Below are positions 42,231-58,570 of a stretch of DNA of 64,000 bases, in pieces; positions within the stretch are counted from its first letter, which is position 1; each line of letters opens with the position of its first letter. The DNA is taken from the NCBI RefSeq assembly GCF_009914755.1, contig NC_060933.1, one strand, 5' to 3'. The stretch is from the human T2T-CHM13v2.0 reference genome, Homo sapiens. Position numbers and translations under genes: made by a program. The notes below the pieces were generated by a model. It ran no database searches. It saw only the letters and a list, made by a program, of their open reading frames with translations, and was not told where the DNA came from.

Positions 42231-44449
42231 GGCTGGGGAAACATGTGCCCTCCACATTTCTCAGTCCCAGGGCCCGAATCGCTCGTTCCTTCAGGTCAGG
42301 CCATGCTTTCTAAACTCTGCTCCCAAGCCTCCTCTTTTGGTAGAAACTAGGGGCCAGGGGAGGTAGGAGCTTGCATTTGTGGGTGTTTGAAGGTGGATCT
42401 GCTGAGTCACCTGTTCAGCCGCAGGTGATTCACTGTGCCCATATGGAATGGAAACCATCTCCCATGGACACGGGCATTGTTCTCCAGACACAGCCAGAAG
42501 CACACATGTCTCCTCCTCCAGGATGCCTTCCTTCATGCCCCAGCTGGTCCTCCAGCTCCCATTCTTAGGGCTCTGACCACTTTCTCCCTTATTTTAGGAA
42601 CCACATCCCCTGGGCCCTTCACTCCCACACTGTGCTATGAGCTACCTTCGGGGTAAAGGTGGGAGGTAATTCATCTCTCTCTCCTCCAAAGCGAATATCT
42701 GTGGAATAAATGAATGAATTGGTACTACCTGTGACAAGTGTGACAAGCACCATCACTCTGCATGTCTGTCTGAAAATGTCAGGATCCCTCCATTTGACCT
42801 CACACATTCATCATTCTTCCCTCCACCAAGCTTAGTGAGTGCTAATGCCAGGGACACAGTGATGGGCAAAAGCTGAGCCAGCCATTGTCCTCATGGAGTT
42901 ATGTCCAGAGGAGGTGGCAAACAGTAACTGAAAAATAATCGGACTAGTAAAGGTACAAGTATCAACCAAGATAAGTACTCTGACTGAAAAGGCGCATGGT
43001 CTTAAGAGGGGACCCTCTGTCCTGCCTCTGGTGTCGCACACAGTGGGTACTCAGTGAGAATGAACCAACAAACAGATTATATGCTCAGAGACAGCTATAA
43101 AAATTAATCCCAAAACTCAGCCCTTGCACAAGGGCAGGTCTGAACCTCCAGGCCTCCAGTGTAAGCTTCCGTAGCATTTCTCATCTGCACCATGAAGATG
43201 CTGTCTGACTTAATTGGAGAATGTGGTCTTGGAGGCAGGCTACAGAAATGCTCAGACCCATTTTATTCCAGGGAGAAAAGTCTGAACTCACAAAGTGAAT
43301 GGTATGCTTAAATATATGGACAGACACGGGCAAAAGTACAAAGGTGTACAGGGGGCATGGTATCTTTAAATCTTTTTTTTCTACTCCAAATCAAATAATA
43401 TGTAATAGACCCAGTGCTGGGCTTAGTCAACCATGGCTCGTAGAATTAACATTCTGGAAGCTAGCTTCAGGGGAGCAAGGGGCAGGAAGCCCCGTCTCGG
43501 GGAGCAAAGAAATGCTGGCTTTAAATTTCAGGTTAAACCAATGTTATTCACAACCCAGCTTTGAAGCTAAAAGCTTTACACAATCGGGTCTGGTCACGCA
43601 AAAAGGGAAGAAGCAAAATAGCCTCAGATTCCCATCTGTCAAGAGAAAGCTGTCTCTTGTGTGTCTTAAAAGATCATAAACCCATTGCATTTTCTTCAGA
43701 GCACAGCAGATTCAGGGGTTTTGCATTTTTCTTGGAGGGTTCTGGTTTGTTTCTTTAAAAATCATCATGCGCTTTATGTCTGCAGATGCTCACTAGGAGG
43801 AAAATATAAAAACAAACAGGAATCTCTGAAATCCCTCCTAGCATCATGGCTTTTGGGATGTAACCCCATCTGGAGGCTGAAGAGCCCCAGGAAAAGAGGC
43901 TAGAGCCGCCAGGTCAGCCTCCAGCCTTTCTCAGAGTCCAGTTTCTCTGCAGAACCCAGGCCAAAGCCAGAGCCCTTATACAGCTTCCTTCATCCTCACA
44001 GCTGCTCCTTAGCATGGCAGGGCAGTGGCAGGGCCCAGTGGGAAAAGGGTTGGGAGCCAGCAGTCCCGGGTTCTAGCCCCAGCTCTGCTGTTACTTGCTG
44101 TGTGGGCCCAGGCAAGTTCCTCTCCCTCTCTGAGCCTCAGAGACCCCAGTAGTAAGCTAAGGTAGCTGAGTTGGTCATTTCTAACCCCTTTCTCCACCAA
44201 AATCCACCTAGATTTTTGTGTGCTAAGTAGTATTAAATGAGCATTGACTTATTTTCCCATTTTGGTTGTTGTGCAGTCTTTATAGGGGACTCCCTGGCTA
44301 TGATCCATCCCACCGCTAAGAGACTGCCTGAGCCAACCAAGGGGATCCCATCCTCTTGAATGAGCACTCCTGTGATGAGAGGCCTGTTGGTTGGGGGTGG
44401 TGGGAGTGCTGGGGGAAAGTCAGAGACAGGAATAAATCCTTTTTCTTCA

Positions 44450-44939
<490 letters not shown>

Positions 44940-45287
44940 TTATGCACTACAACACCCCCACCTTACCCCAGGGTCCAGGGCTGTCTCTAGATCGGCCCAG
45001 TTTGCTGCTTGTAACCACAGGCCTCTGGCACTGCCTGCATGCCTAGACTTGCCTCCCTTGTGAAGATGGGGGACAGAGCAGGTCCTGATGGTCATCTGCC
45101 ACAGGAGTACAGAGCTGGGGTGACTGGCAAGATGAAATGATGTGACTTGGGGCATTTTTCCAGTTTGGGTCAAGTGAGTCCAATGAGCTTGGAATTGGCA
45201 TCTTCAGGTGGCTGCAATGGCTAATTCTCAAAACAACCTATAAAGTAGACACCCACCAAATTCAGACCATGCTAATTTGTAACTTTA

Positions 45288-45905
<618 letters not shown>

Positions 45906-47087
45906 CCAAATAATTTTTTAAAAGGGATAGGAAGCCAAGGGATTTGTTCTGGGGCTATGTTAGCAAAACTCCTTGTGCGAGACTGAGAGAGCATTGTCTG
46001 TCCCTAGCAAAGAATGAAGTGGGGCTGACATTAGATAACAGGGCTGCAAAGCTCCCCACACCCCCTGTTCTCACCCCGGATAGAGCGCTGTTCAGTGTCA
46101 GGCACTGAGCCAAGTTATTTGTGCATCCTTCAGTTTCTTTGACCTTCAGAACATCTCTATGAAGTATGTATTCTTATTCCACTTTACAGATGAGAAAACA
46201 GAGGCTCAGAGAGCTTGAGTCACTGAGGTCCCTCAGCTCAAAGTGGCAACGCTAGGATTTGTACCTAGGTCTCTTATCTGCAGATTCAGCACTCAGGACA
46301 CCTCCCTTTACTCTTCCTGTCAGCTGCTAAGATGAAAGCCCTCAGTTTCCTCATCTGTAAACTGAAAACAACAGTATGCAGGACAATTCGTGGGGCTTTT
46401 ATAAGGATTAAATGAGATAATCTCCATGACACTTTAACACGGCACCTGGCAGAGAGTTTAGTGTCCAAATAATGCTAGCTGCTGTCATCCTCATTTTCAT
46501 CAAGAAAACCCTTCCAAGGCTCCCCGGGGACAAAGCCTGAGCCCCCGAGGCCTCGACGACCTGCCCCTCTAGTCAGGGTCACCCCCCACTTCACCCCGCA
46601 ATGCCATCCCAGCAGGCCGTTTGTCAGCCCTCATGTGTCTCTTCCCCACTGCTCCCCAGTGCCCCTGGACATTCTGCTCCCTCTGCTGGCATGCCCTTCT
46701 CTCCTGCCCGGCAAGACTCAGTCTAAAAGCTGCCTCCTCTCTGAAGCCTGCCTCCAAATCCAAAGGCTGAATTCACCACCCTTTCTTCTGGGTGTCCTCA
46801 GCACGTTGCATGGGCCACCACTATGGTCTGGATTCTACTCTTCACAAACCATTCTGTGAACTCAGTCCTCTTGGAACCTCCACTTTACAGTTAAGGAAGC
46901 TGGCACAGAGAGATGAAGTAATTTGCCCAAGATAACACAGCAGAGCACTTGCACAGCTCCTACATGTGCTAAAGTGAAGTTGGGCACTGTGGCAGACCTG
47001 GTACAGAACAGTGGGGAAGCCTAGGCACTCTGAACTCATGGGGGCCCGGGTTCGAATTCCAGAACTCTGTCTCTCACAAGCCCATGA

Positions 47088-47400
<313 letters not shown>

Positions 47401-49204
47401 TTGAGCAACTTCTTTAACTGCTCTAATCCTCAATTTTCTTATCTGTAGAGTGGGATAATAATAGTATCTGGAGTTGACAAAATAATTTAATGAGAATACA
47501 TGTAAAATACTTAGCATAACCCCTGACACATAGTAAGTGCTCAATAAACGTTAGCTGTTTCCAGAATTAGTATTTTTTTCCCCTGCTAAAGTATGAGCTG
47601 AGGGCAGAGCCCATGTCCCATTTACCTCAAGCATAGGAGATGCTAATAAATGTTTGTTGACTGAATTATTAAGCTAGGAAGGCTTGAGGGCTTGCAGGGC
47701 TGTATGGCTCAGAAGAATTCAGCACTAGGACAGTCGCTGGTATCATCAGAGAACTCAGGAGTGGCTTCTATTATATCAGTGATCTCAGAGGAGGAAAAAG
47801 TGAAACAACTAAGAGTTTATGTCTCGCCTACTTCTAAGACAGATTTGAGGCTGTTCATAGAATTTTGAACTAGAGTGGATGATAAACTACTAAACTCAGT
47901 TGAGCTCTAAGCTCCCTGGCAGCATATACCAAAAAGAAAATGCAGCAAGTCATATATTGCTCAGAGTCCAACAACAACAACAAAATGCTGTTCACAGACT
48001 CAAGCTCAAACTCATTACAGAGCTTCTATTCTCTGCATGGTGCTGTTTGGGGTGCTTAGAGTGATCCAGAGATGACTAACAACAGGGAGGGGGGTCCTGG
48101 AGAAGGGACGATCAGAGCCAGGCCTGGGAAACAAGATGCCAAGGTAAGAGATGGGATTCCGGGTACAGGCAACCAGGTTAAGTTGGCAAACGCTTCTAGG
48201 ACATCTACTATGAGCCAGGCCCCATGCTAGGGATGAGGGTGGCCAGGCTCTAAATGTCCCTTGGTAGCCTGGAACAAAAACCAATGTTCTGAGTCATTTT
48301 CTAAATCCTGTCCTAAACTGGGGCTGCAGACTAAGAAAAATCAAGGTGGCATGGAGAAAAATTCCACTGAAACTACCATTATTCAGCCATTTGTTTCACT
48401 CAATCTTTCTTCTTGGAGAAGGAAAATGCGAAATTGTAAAATTGCCAAATACGTTCAGGTTTGACCAGAGTGAATCCGATTGTGCCGGGTGTTACCCAAT
48501 GAGTCACAGGCTGTCAGTGTGGGAAAGGCCCCAAGGGCTGGTGATTCCACATTCGAGGATGGCAAACGGGAGGCCAGATGGCAAAGGGATCTGTCAGGGG
48601 CCAGACAGCAGATTCAAGGTGAGCTTGGACATGAGGCCTCTGACTCCTGCCTCAAGCCTCCTGGATCCGTTGATCCCTGAGCTACATACTGGGTATCTGG
48701 CCCTGCCCTTCCCACCAGAGCTAGAGAGAGCTTCAAGTCTTAGCCCCGTCCCCTACTGGAGGATGAAGACAAGTGAATAATTGCAATGTAGTGCGATAAG
48801 TGCTAGGAGCCTGAGAAGCAGACACAGCCCTGGGAGCCTAATGCAAGTGGCCAGACCCTATTCAGAGCTCACTCTGCGAGACACTGTTCTAAGCACCTTC
48901 CCTATTGGATCCTCACAAAAACCCTAAGATGTCAAGTCTGTTATTGCTTCCTCCCATTTTACAGATGAGGAAACTGAGGCAGGGGGTTAAATAACTTGCC
49001 TAGTCACAAGATCTAAAGATTGGGGGGGTGGGGGGAGGGAAGAAAAAAAAGAGTAACTTGCCCAAGATCACACAGCTAAGAAGTGGAGAAGCTAGGGTCC
49101 GAACTCAAGCAGTCTGGTTCCAGAGTCTGCTCCTAGCCCTACACTAACTCACTCCACTTAATCCAGACTAGGGGCAAGTGTAGCCCAAGAAAGGCCCCCT
49201 GTAG

Positions 49205-49521
<317 letters not shown>

Positions 49522-50216
49522 TAAGGATGGAGTTAGCCAAAGAAATGCCCAGGGAAGAGGAATTGCATTCCAACCAGAGGGAACAGCATCTGCAACAGCC
49601 TGGAGGCACAGAAAGCATGGTGCAGGGGAACGGCTATAATTCAGCATGATTAGAATTCAGGAGTTGGAGGAGGGGAAAGGGGGTGAAGTGTGAGAGGCTC
49701 TTCCCTCTCTGTCGAGCTGTTCAGCATCACTATCCATTATCCAGAACCTAATATACACTCTGATATACAAACAGTGCAAATACATTATTGAAGCTCTCAT
49801 GGTGTTGGTATGAAGAGATGGGATTTCTCTGTGCTAAAATGAATCAAGATGACCTGAAACAAGAGGCAGAAAGGAAGTAATACCTGGTGCATTGCCACAG
49901 GGCAAGTCTGTTCTCTCTAATCCATACTGTCCAAGTCCATTACCTCATACAGTAGTCCCTAATTACTCCACCTTACAGAGGGATATGCACACTAATTAGA
50001 AAGGATGTTAACCGCCATAGTGAAAATATTCTGAAGCAAATGAAATATTACTAGGAGCAAAAGGGTGATTTGTTTCTGTGAATTGTGCTTTTAAATGAGA
50101 TCAAAGAATGTGAAAGGCTTCATTTTAATTATACCTGGAAGGACCTGGAAGGGATGCATACATCCCTTTTATGGCCTTCATGCACACAGCAGTCTCTCTC
50201 CCATCCCCCACTGCAC

Positions 50217-50246
50217 AGAAATAAATAAATAAATAAATAAATAAAA
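50217..50246. repeat. (AAAT)n microsatellite
   Basis: Read directly from the sequence. Confidence 0.9.
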
Positions 50247-52589
50247 GGGTTTAAAAATCATATTTACTCTGATATCTTTGCATTACCCCTATTTGAGTTT
50301 TTAAATTATTGTCTGTATTTTTTCCCAAGGACGATATAACTAAAAAGAAGGTTCGTATTTGAAGTGTATCTATCTGATCATTGCACAAATGTTTTCAGGA
50401 GAAATCACTAAATTTCTCCAAGATGGGTATGGGTTTTGTCATAGATCAAAGTGAGAGGGAGGAAAAAAAAGATAAATCATCAGAGATCCAAAAATACTTT
50501 TCATTTGGAGAAGATATCAGGCCATTTCGATGGGGCTGATGGAGTCCCTGTTCTGTCTCCATTACCCGCAGCAGGCAGCCCCAGCCAGGAGCCAACTACC
50601 AAGATTATATTCCCCATAAGATGGTCCCCGATATCTATATATATATATGATCTTCAACCTCTATTGATTGACCAATTTCACAAGCAAAGACTGGTGAAAT
50701 GAAGCTGAAATGAACATCATGCTTTAACTCATTGAACCTATCAGGCCTGAGTTAATCTCACTGTCCACTGTCTCTGATAGAATTCAATTGATCAATCATG
50801 TTTCGGTGATAGTACCATTTCACTGGCTTATTGCTTCTTCATTTCAGAGCTTGACCTGTTAGATGTACTCGGACTGGCTCGACTCCTCTTGGATACACAG
50901 AGATCAGCCTCTGTCTGCCAACGTGTGTCATCTCCTGTCCCAGTTGAAAAGAACTCAAGAGGCTTTTGTGTATGTCTGTGGTGTGTTTTTCCACCAAACA
51001 CACACACAGGAATGGTGGATTTATGAGGGTGTGGAACTGAACAAGCACAAATTATAAGAAGGGCTCTTCATTATTCATGGAAGCACCATTATTTCCCTTT
51101 TATGTAGTTAAATTGATGTGTTTGGGCTCTGTACCTTATAGGGGCATATTCTTGTATTACACTGGCAAGTGTGCATGCCTAGACATCTGAAAAGGATAAC
51201 AGCGACAAAATGATAACAATCGCACCCCTCAAATACATATTCCTGTGGCATATGAAACATTCATCAGCTTATCTGATTCTCCTGATAATCTCAGGAGATG
51301 GGCAGGAGATTACGATTCCCATTTTGCAGATGAGAAAATGGGCTCAGAGACGGAAAGTGGCCTGCCCAGGGTCACACAGCAGAGTTATCAGGCCAGGTGA
51401 GACTGAGAGCCCTGGTGTCTCACCTCCTCAGTGCCTTGTACCCCAGTGAGGCCAATCTCCAGGCAATTTCAGAATTACCAAGCCATTTTGGACAAATCAC
51501 TTTGTCCCCAGCTCATTGGATGAAAGAAACATCCCCAAAATTCAAATCAGAGAATTCTGGAGCTTGGAGTGGATTCCAAGCCTGTCTACAGCTCCTTGTG
51601 CAGCTTGGAAACTGAGGCCCAGAAGGCAATAAACTGTTGCCCCAAATCACCAGGATACTCAGCAGCCTAACAGAGACTTGAACTTGGGTCCCAGGTTCTC
51701 AGGTCAAGACTTTTTCCACTTTCTCTCAATGCCTCCCTAATTTATGTCAAAACAATGAACTCCTATCGACAGAGAAGACTTCATTCCCTACTGTCAACAT
51801 GGCCCAATGCACTGCTATGGTTCCTTCGTGGCATTTAATTTAATTTTCCCAACTCCAAGCCAAGACTATGCTTAGGGAAATCAGGAAAGCGGCTTGCCCC
51901 GGTGGCTGCCTGAGGGAGGTGGCTCTTGGAGGCACAAGGCTGAGCCCAGCATGAGAGTCTCTGGAGGAGGCCAGGGCAATGACAGTCTGCAAATAAGCTT
52001 TGCATCTGCTCAGAGCTGGCAGAGTCTGCAAACACACTAATGGACTTCCCTCTGCCTGTGGGGAGTTGGGGAGAAGCCATAAATAAAGCAGGTGCCTCTG
52101 GGGGGAGCCATTGCCGAAGCCAGAGACAGGGCTGGGGATTAGGAGCTGGTTAAGGGTTGGGGGAGGGGCTTTGGGCCACCCACTGCACCGCATTGCACTG
52201 CCTCCCAGACAAAATGACAACCCACTTACCAGCAGCCCCAATCCCCACATCCCAGATTCCCCAGTCTCTGTTCCAGTCAGTCCCTTGTCTGATGATATCA
52301 ATACATTCACAATTCCAGACACAGAAGGGTTGGGGGAGGAGGGTCATACAGTCTAATCTGGCCACAGTGTAGAGACCCTGTTGGAGGGAGATGAGACTGA
52401 GGCCCAGGGTCGAGTGGGAGCCCTCAGCCAGGACAGAGCTAACAGTGGGAATGGCTATCCAGAGAAGGGGGCAGGTTCGGGAGGTGATTAGGAGAGAAGG
52501 TATGCTGGAGTGAGTGACTCACTGGAGGTAGGGGAGAAAATGCACCTCTGAAGTTCCCTGTTGGAGGTTCTAGGCTGCTGTCTACTCCC

Positions 52590-53140
52590 ACTCTGAGCAA
52601 AACCCACAGCCCCTCACAGCTTACTAGGCTTTACTGGTACTTAACTGGGTACCCCCCCAGCAATCCCACCTTTCTGACCTCGTTTCCTCCCACTCTTTCC
52701 CCGCTTATTCTGCTCCCGCCACACTCGCCTCCATAGGGTTCCACAGTCATGCCAAGCTCACCGGCCTTGGGGTCTTTGCACTTGCTGTTCCCTCTCTCCG
52801 GAAACTTCCTCCCCCAGATATCTGCCTGGCTCACTCCTCCCTCCATTAAGGCCTCTGCTCAAACGTCAGCTCATCAGTAGGACCACCCTCCAAAAACAGC
52901 AAAGGCCCCCCCCCCCTCAGCCCTGCTTCATTCCCTGTCTCCTCACCTAGCTTTGTTTCCCTCCAGCGCATAGAACAGCATGCTGCTTATTTTCCTTATT
53001 TAGTTATTGTCTTTCTTCCTTAGAACGTCACCCATGTGGGCAAACATTTTTGTCTGTCTTGTTCATTGCTGTGTCCCCAGCAACTAGGACAATACCTAGC
53101 ACACATAGCAGGCACACAATAAATACTTGTAGAGTGAATT
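52590..53140 (+). mobile_element. L2 fragment
   Basis: tctttgcacttgctgttccctct ... tgtccccagcaactaggacaatacctagcacacatagcaggcacacaataaatacttg. Confidence 0.8.
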
Positions 53141-53703
53141 TCACTGAAACTGGCAAAAAAAAAAAAAAAAAAAAAACAGGTACAAAGGAGAAGGGAGACA
53201 GCTGCTCCGGTGTGACCTCCTACTGGGAAATAGTGGCCACACCCTCCCAGGGGACATCTGATGCTCCCCTTCCATGCCTTGCCTAAGGGAAAACAAAGGG
53301 GTCCCTAGGGAAAATCCCTGAGGGAAAACAGTGGGGTCTCCCAGGCCTTACCTACCTCTGAGACCACAGTGCCCGACACCACATCAGGAGCCAGTAAATG
53401 GATGAATGACACCCCAGGGAAGAGGCTCTGCCTTGGAAGTGTTTAAGTGACAAAAGTGGTGGAGCACAGAGAGCAAGCTCTGGCTCTGCCACTTGCCAGC
53501 TGTGTGATCTTACACTTCTCTCAACACATCTGTGCAATGGGGTCAATAAATCATGCCAGGCCTACAGCACTGGTCAGAGCAAACAAGCTGCTGGATTCCA
53601 AGTGAGAGAGTGCTGTCTGCACAGTGAGCACCTCCTAAGAGTCAATAAGGACTGAGAGTGAGGACAAGAAAACAGAAGCCATTTGCTAAATTAAAAAGAA
53701 CAA

Positions 53704-54030
53704 GGGATGGACCCTGTGGCTCCCCACTGTAATCCCAGCACTTTGGGAGGCCGAGGCAGATGGATCACCTGAGGTCAGGAGTTCAAGAACAGCCTGGCCA
53801 ACATGGCAAAACCCCACCTCTAGTAAAAATACAAAAATCAGCTAGGTGTGGTGGCACACACCTGTAGGCCCAGCTACTGGGTGGCTGAGGCAGGAGAATC
53901 GCTTGAACCCAGGAAGCAGAGGTTGCAGTGAGCCAAGATCATGCCACTGCACTCCGGCCTGGGCCACAGAGCAAGATTTCATCTCAAAAAAAATAAAAAA
54001 ATAAAAATAAATAAATAAAAAATAAAAAGA
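53704..54030 (+). mobile_element. AluS-like
   Basis: Alu consensus with A-rich tail. Confidence 0.9.
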
Positions 54031-54616
54031 ACAAGATGTGTACAAAGAGGGGTACCTGGCTAAGGTGAATCCCTTGGTTCCAGCATTCATTGATCTGTTG
54101 CTGGTGCTCTGGTCCCAAGCATAGCCCTGCCAGGGAACCCAGTCTCAGCCCTCAGGGAGCCCATACTCTGTCAAGGAGAGAAGGCCTGGAGATGGACTTA
54201 CAGTCCAAGCTTGTGAAAGTATCCTAAGAGAGCCCTCAACTGCAGGCAATGAAAGTCTAGAGACAGAAAGAACCTGTCCAGTGCAGGAGGATGGGGGGTC
54301 CTTCTCCTGGAAGGAGAAGGTGGCATCTGAGCCAGGATTTGGATTTGGGGGCATGAAGGAAGAGGCAAGGGGCATCCCAGACAAGGATAAGATGTGGGTG
54401 GGGCTATGCTCACTGACTGAGGCCCCTGGGAGCTTAGCACCCATGGAGCGGGGTCACGTAGCTTTCACAGCTCCACATCTAAATCAGGCTATGCTTCTGT
54501 GTCTCCGGGTCAGGTTTTGCACACAATGGGTGCACAATACCTGCAGATTTTGCTTTTTCACAGACTCCACAGAACTTCCCAAAAGAAAGATACCCTAGAG
54601 AGAAACCCATTCATTC

Positions 54617-55599
<983 letters not shown>

Positions 55600-56156
55600 T
55601 AAAAAGGGTATAGCTCTAGAGAGAAAGAGTTCTCCAGACCACCTTTGAGGGACAGAAAGACAAGTACCAAAAACAACTGTGAAATAAATGTACTTCCTTG
55701 ATCATGAATAGTAAAAGCTTGTTCCTAACAGACAAGACCTGGATTCCCTCTGCCCTTTTTAGAAAACCGTTTCCCAAATATAAGATTCCAGCTAGGACTG
55801 AGCCAAGGAGTCCCAGCTTCCTACAGCAGCTTCTCCTCCCTGCTGGAGCCTTCTCTCAGCTGTCTATACCTAGGTCAAGAGGGATAGGCCAGGGAGAGAA
55901 AAATCACCTTGAAAAATCAGTGCTCCTCCTGCCCTGAAAACATGCAGAATGCACGTTGGAGCTCCAAGAGCAAGGCAGGTGGGACTAAGACTGGGGTGAG
56001 GTGTAGGGCAAGGAAGGGGTGTTATGGGGGTTATATGCTGCCTCTGCCAACTAGTAGAGCAGTTATATGCACAGGCTCTGAAAACAGAGTGCTTGGGTTT
56101 GAATCCCAGCCTTGTGACTTACTGGCTTTGTGGCCCTGGATTGGTTATTGAACCTC

Positions 56157-56589
<433 letters not shown>

Positions 56590-57719
56590 TGAGGGTAGAG
56601 GGCAATTTTTTCCCAGTGGTCACACTATAAAGCCAAAGAGAGCTGGGCTGGGAGCAGGGACCTGGGTCCCTCTTCCCTGTAGACAACTCACACTCAACTG
56701 GCCTTCAGAGGCCATCATCTCCAACTCCCCCACTTTATAGATAAGGATACTGAGGCTCAGAGAGGGGAAGAAAATGGACAAAGCTCACACAGCAAACTAG
56801 TGTTAGATTCCCAGCTTAGACCCATTCCACTGCATCATGCTGCCTCTCAAACACGCTGGGCATCAGTTTGTCCATCTTCAAATGGGGGGTGGGGTGGTGA
56901 TTGTCACCGGGTGGCACCAGGGATCTCTGAGTGCCATGACAAAGGGAAAAGCCCTCAGCAAGCACTTATTACACCTTTGCCAACTCTGAGCACATAGCAG
57001 GTGCCTGCCACACACTCATCACACGGGTTACATTATCTCTCCCTGGCCAGGGCTTTTTTGGATGAAAGGTTGGTTCTCAGTTGTTTAGTGAGTGAGGGAA
57101 TGCCAGCATGCCTGAAAACAGAACTGGAAAAGGGGACTCTGGTGTCTGCAACCAGAGGGAAAGCAAGAGATCGCAAAGAAGAGAGAAGTCCATTCCCTCA
57201 CTACTACTTCCACGTGTGTGCCAGGCCCTATGCTGGGCACTGAGGGCGTCTGGGACGAATGGGAGACGACTTCTGCCCTTGGAACTCAAGGTCCGAAGGG
57301 GGAGGCAGGAGAAGGCTGTGGGGCCTCAGAGCCAGCCATCTCCATGAGGCAGCCTTCTGTGTAGGGCAAGAAGAGCTTTCTGAGGCCGGCGCCTGGCCAC
57401 AGAGCATGGGGATACACACAGGGGACAGAGATGGAAGGAAGGCCTTCCCTCCAGGGCGCAAAGCACACGTGGCAGGGTCAAAATCCAGTCCCGAACTTCC
57501 CAAGCCACAGCAGGTCACTGGAAAAAGTGATGCCTTTGTGTTTGTGCCTTTTTCTAATTTTCCACCGGTGCAAGAGACAAAAAAGTTTATGTCAGGGCAT
57601 CATCCAGCAAGATCAGAACCCCCACTCAGGCTCGGGGACAGAGGGAAGAAAGAGTGGCAGTCGCACCCAGGAGGACCTGCCTGTCCAACATCAAGGAATG
57701 ATCAAGAACTCCCATCCCG

Positions 57720-58570
57720 GTTCCACGCTGCGCGTCCGCCATCTGAACCGGCCTCGCCCCTCCAGGCCGGGTCCCGACGCCAGCTCCGTCCGACCCCCGC
57801 CCGGCACCCCCGTCCGGCGCCCTCGCCCCGGCGCGCATCATCTGCTCCGCTGCCCAGCTCCCGGCTGCCGCCGCGCCCGCGCCCCCCGGGGCCCCGGAAA
57901 GCTGGCATCCGTTGTTAGCATAACAAACTCAATTGTTCTCAGCGGGGCCCCGGCAAATAAAGTCATTCATTACGGGCCTCTCCTGGCCGCCGCGGGCCGC
58001 GCGGCAATCAGCGGGCCGAGCCACGCGCCAGCGCTGGGACCTGCAGGGCGCGCCGCCGCCTCCACGCTGCGCCCCGGGCCCCGCCGCGGCCGCGCCGGCG
58101 GGGGCAGCGCCGGCCGCCGATTAGTTTTATCTCGGAACGTCAATTGACTTAGACTGATTGGCTTCCTGCCGCCAATGTCAATTAAATTGCAAATGCTTGG
58201 CGGAGGCCGGCGCGAGCGGGCGGCCTCCTTCCCGGGGGCGCCGCGCTCAGCCTTCTCTTTGCGCCACGTTCGGCCGCAGCTGAATTCATTTCTCCTTCCA
58301 CGTCGCGCAGGAAATCCAGGTGACCTCCTGGAAGTCGTCTGCCCTCCGCCCCCGGCCCTGGGGACTCCTCCGTCGGAGCCCGAGCCCCGAGGACCCCCGG
58401 CCGGTGGGCGGGAGCTAGGCCCACGGGGCGCCCGGACCGCGGGGCCGAGGAGGAAGGGACCGGCCTCCCCGCAGGGACCTCGGCCTCTCTGCCGAGCTGT
58501 ATTCTCACGGTGGCTCCGCGGATCCCTGGACCTCCTTCAAAGATCTTGGGATATGACTCGGTGCGCCCTT
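57720..58570. promoter_or_regulatory. Intronic CpG island (intron 5) with an AT-richer, motif-dense core at ~57905-58200
   Basis: Very GC- and CpG-rich (e.g. ccgccgcggccgcgccggcgggggcagcgccggccgccg) and free of repeats, against CpG-depleted flanks. Confidence 0.9.
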
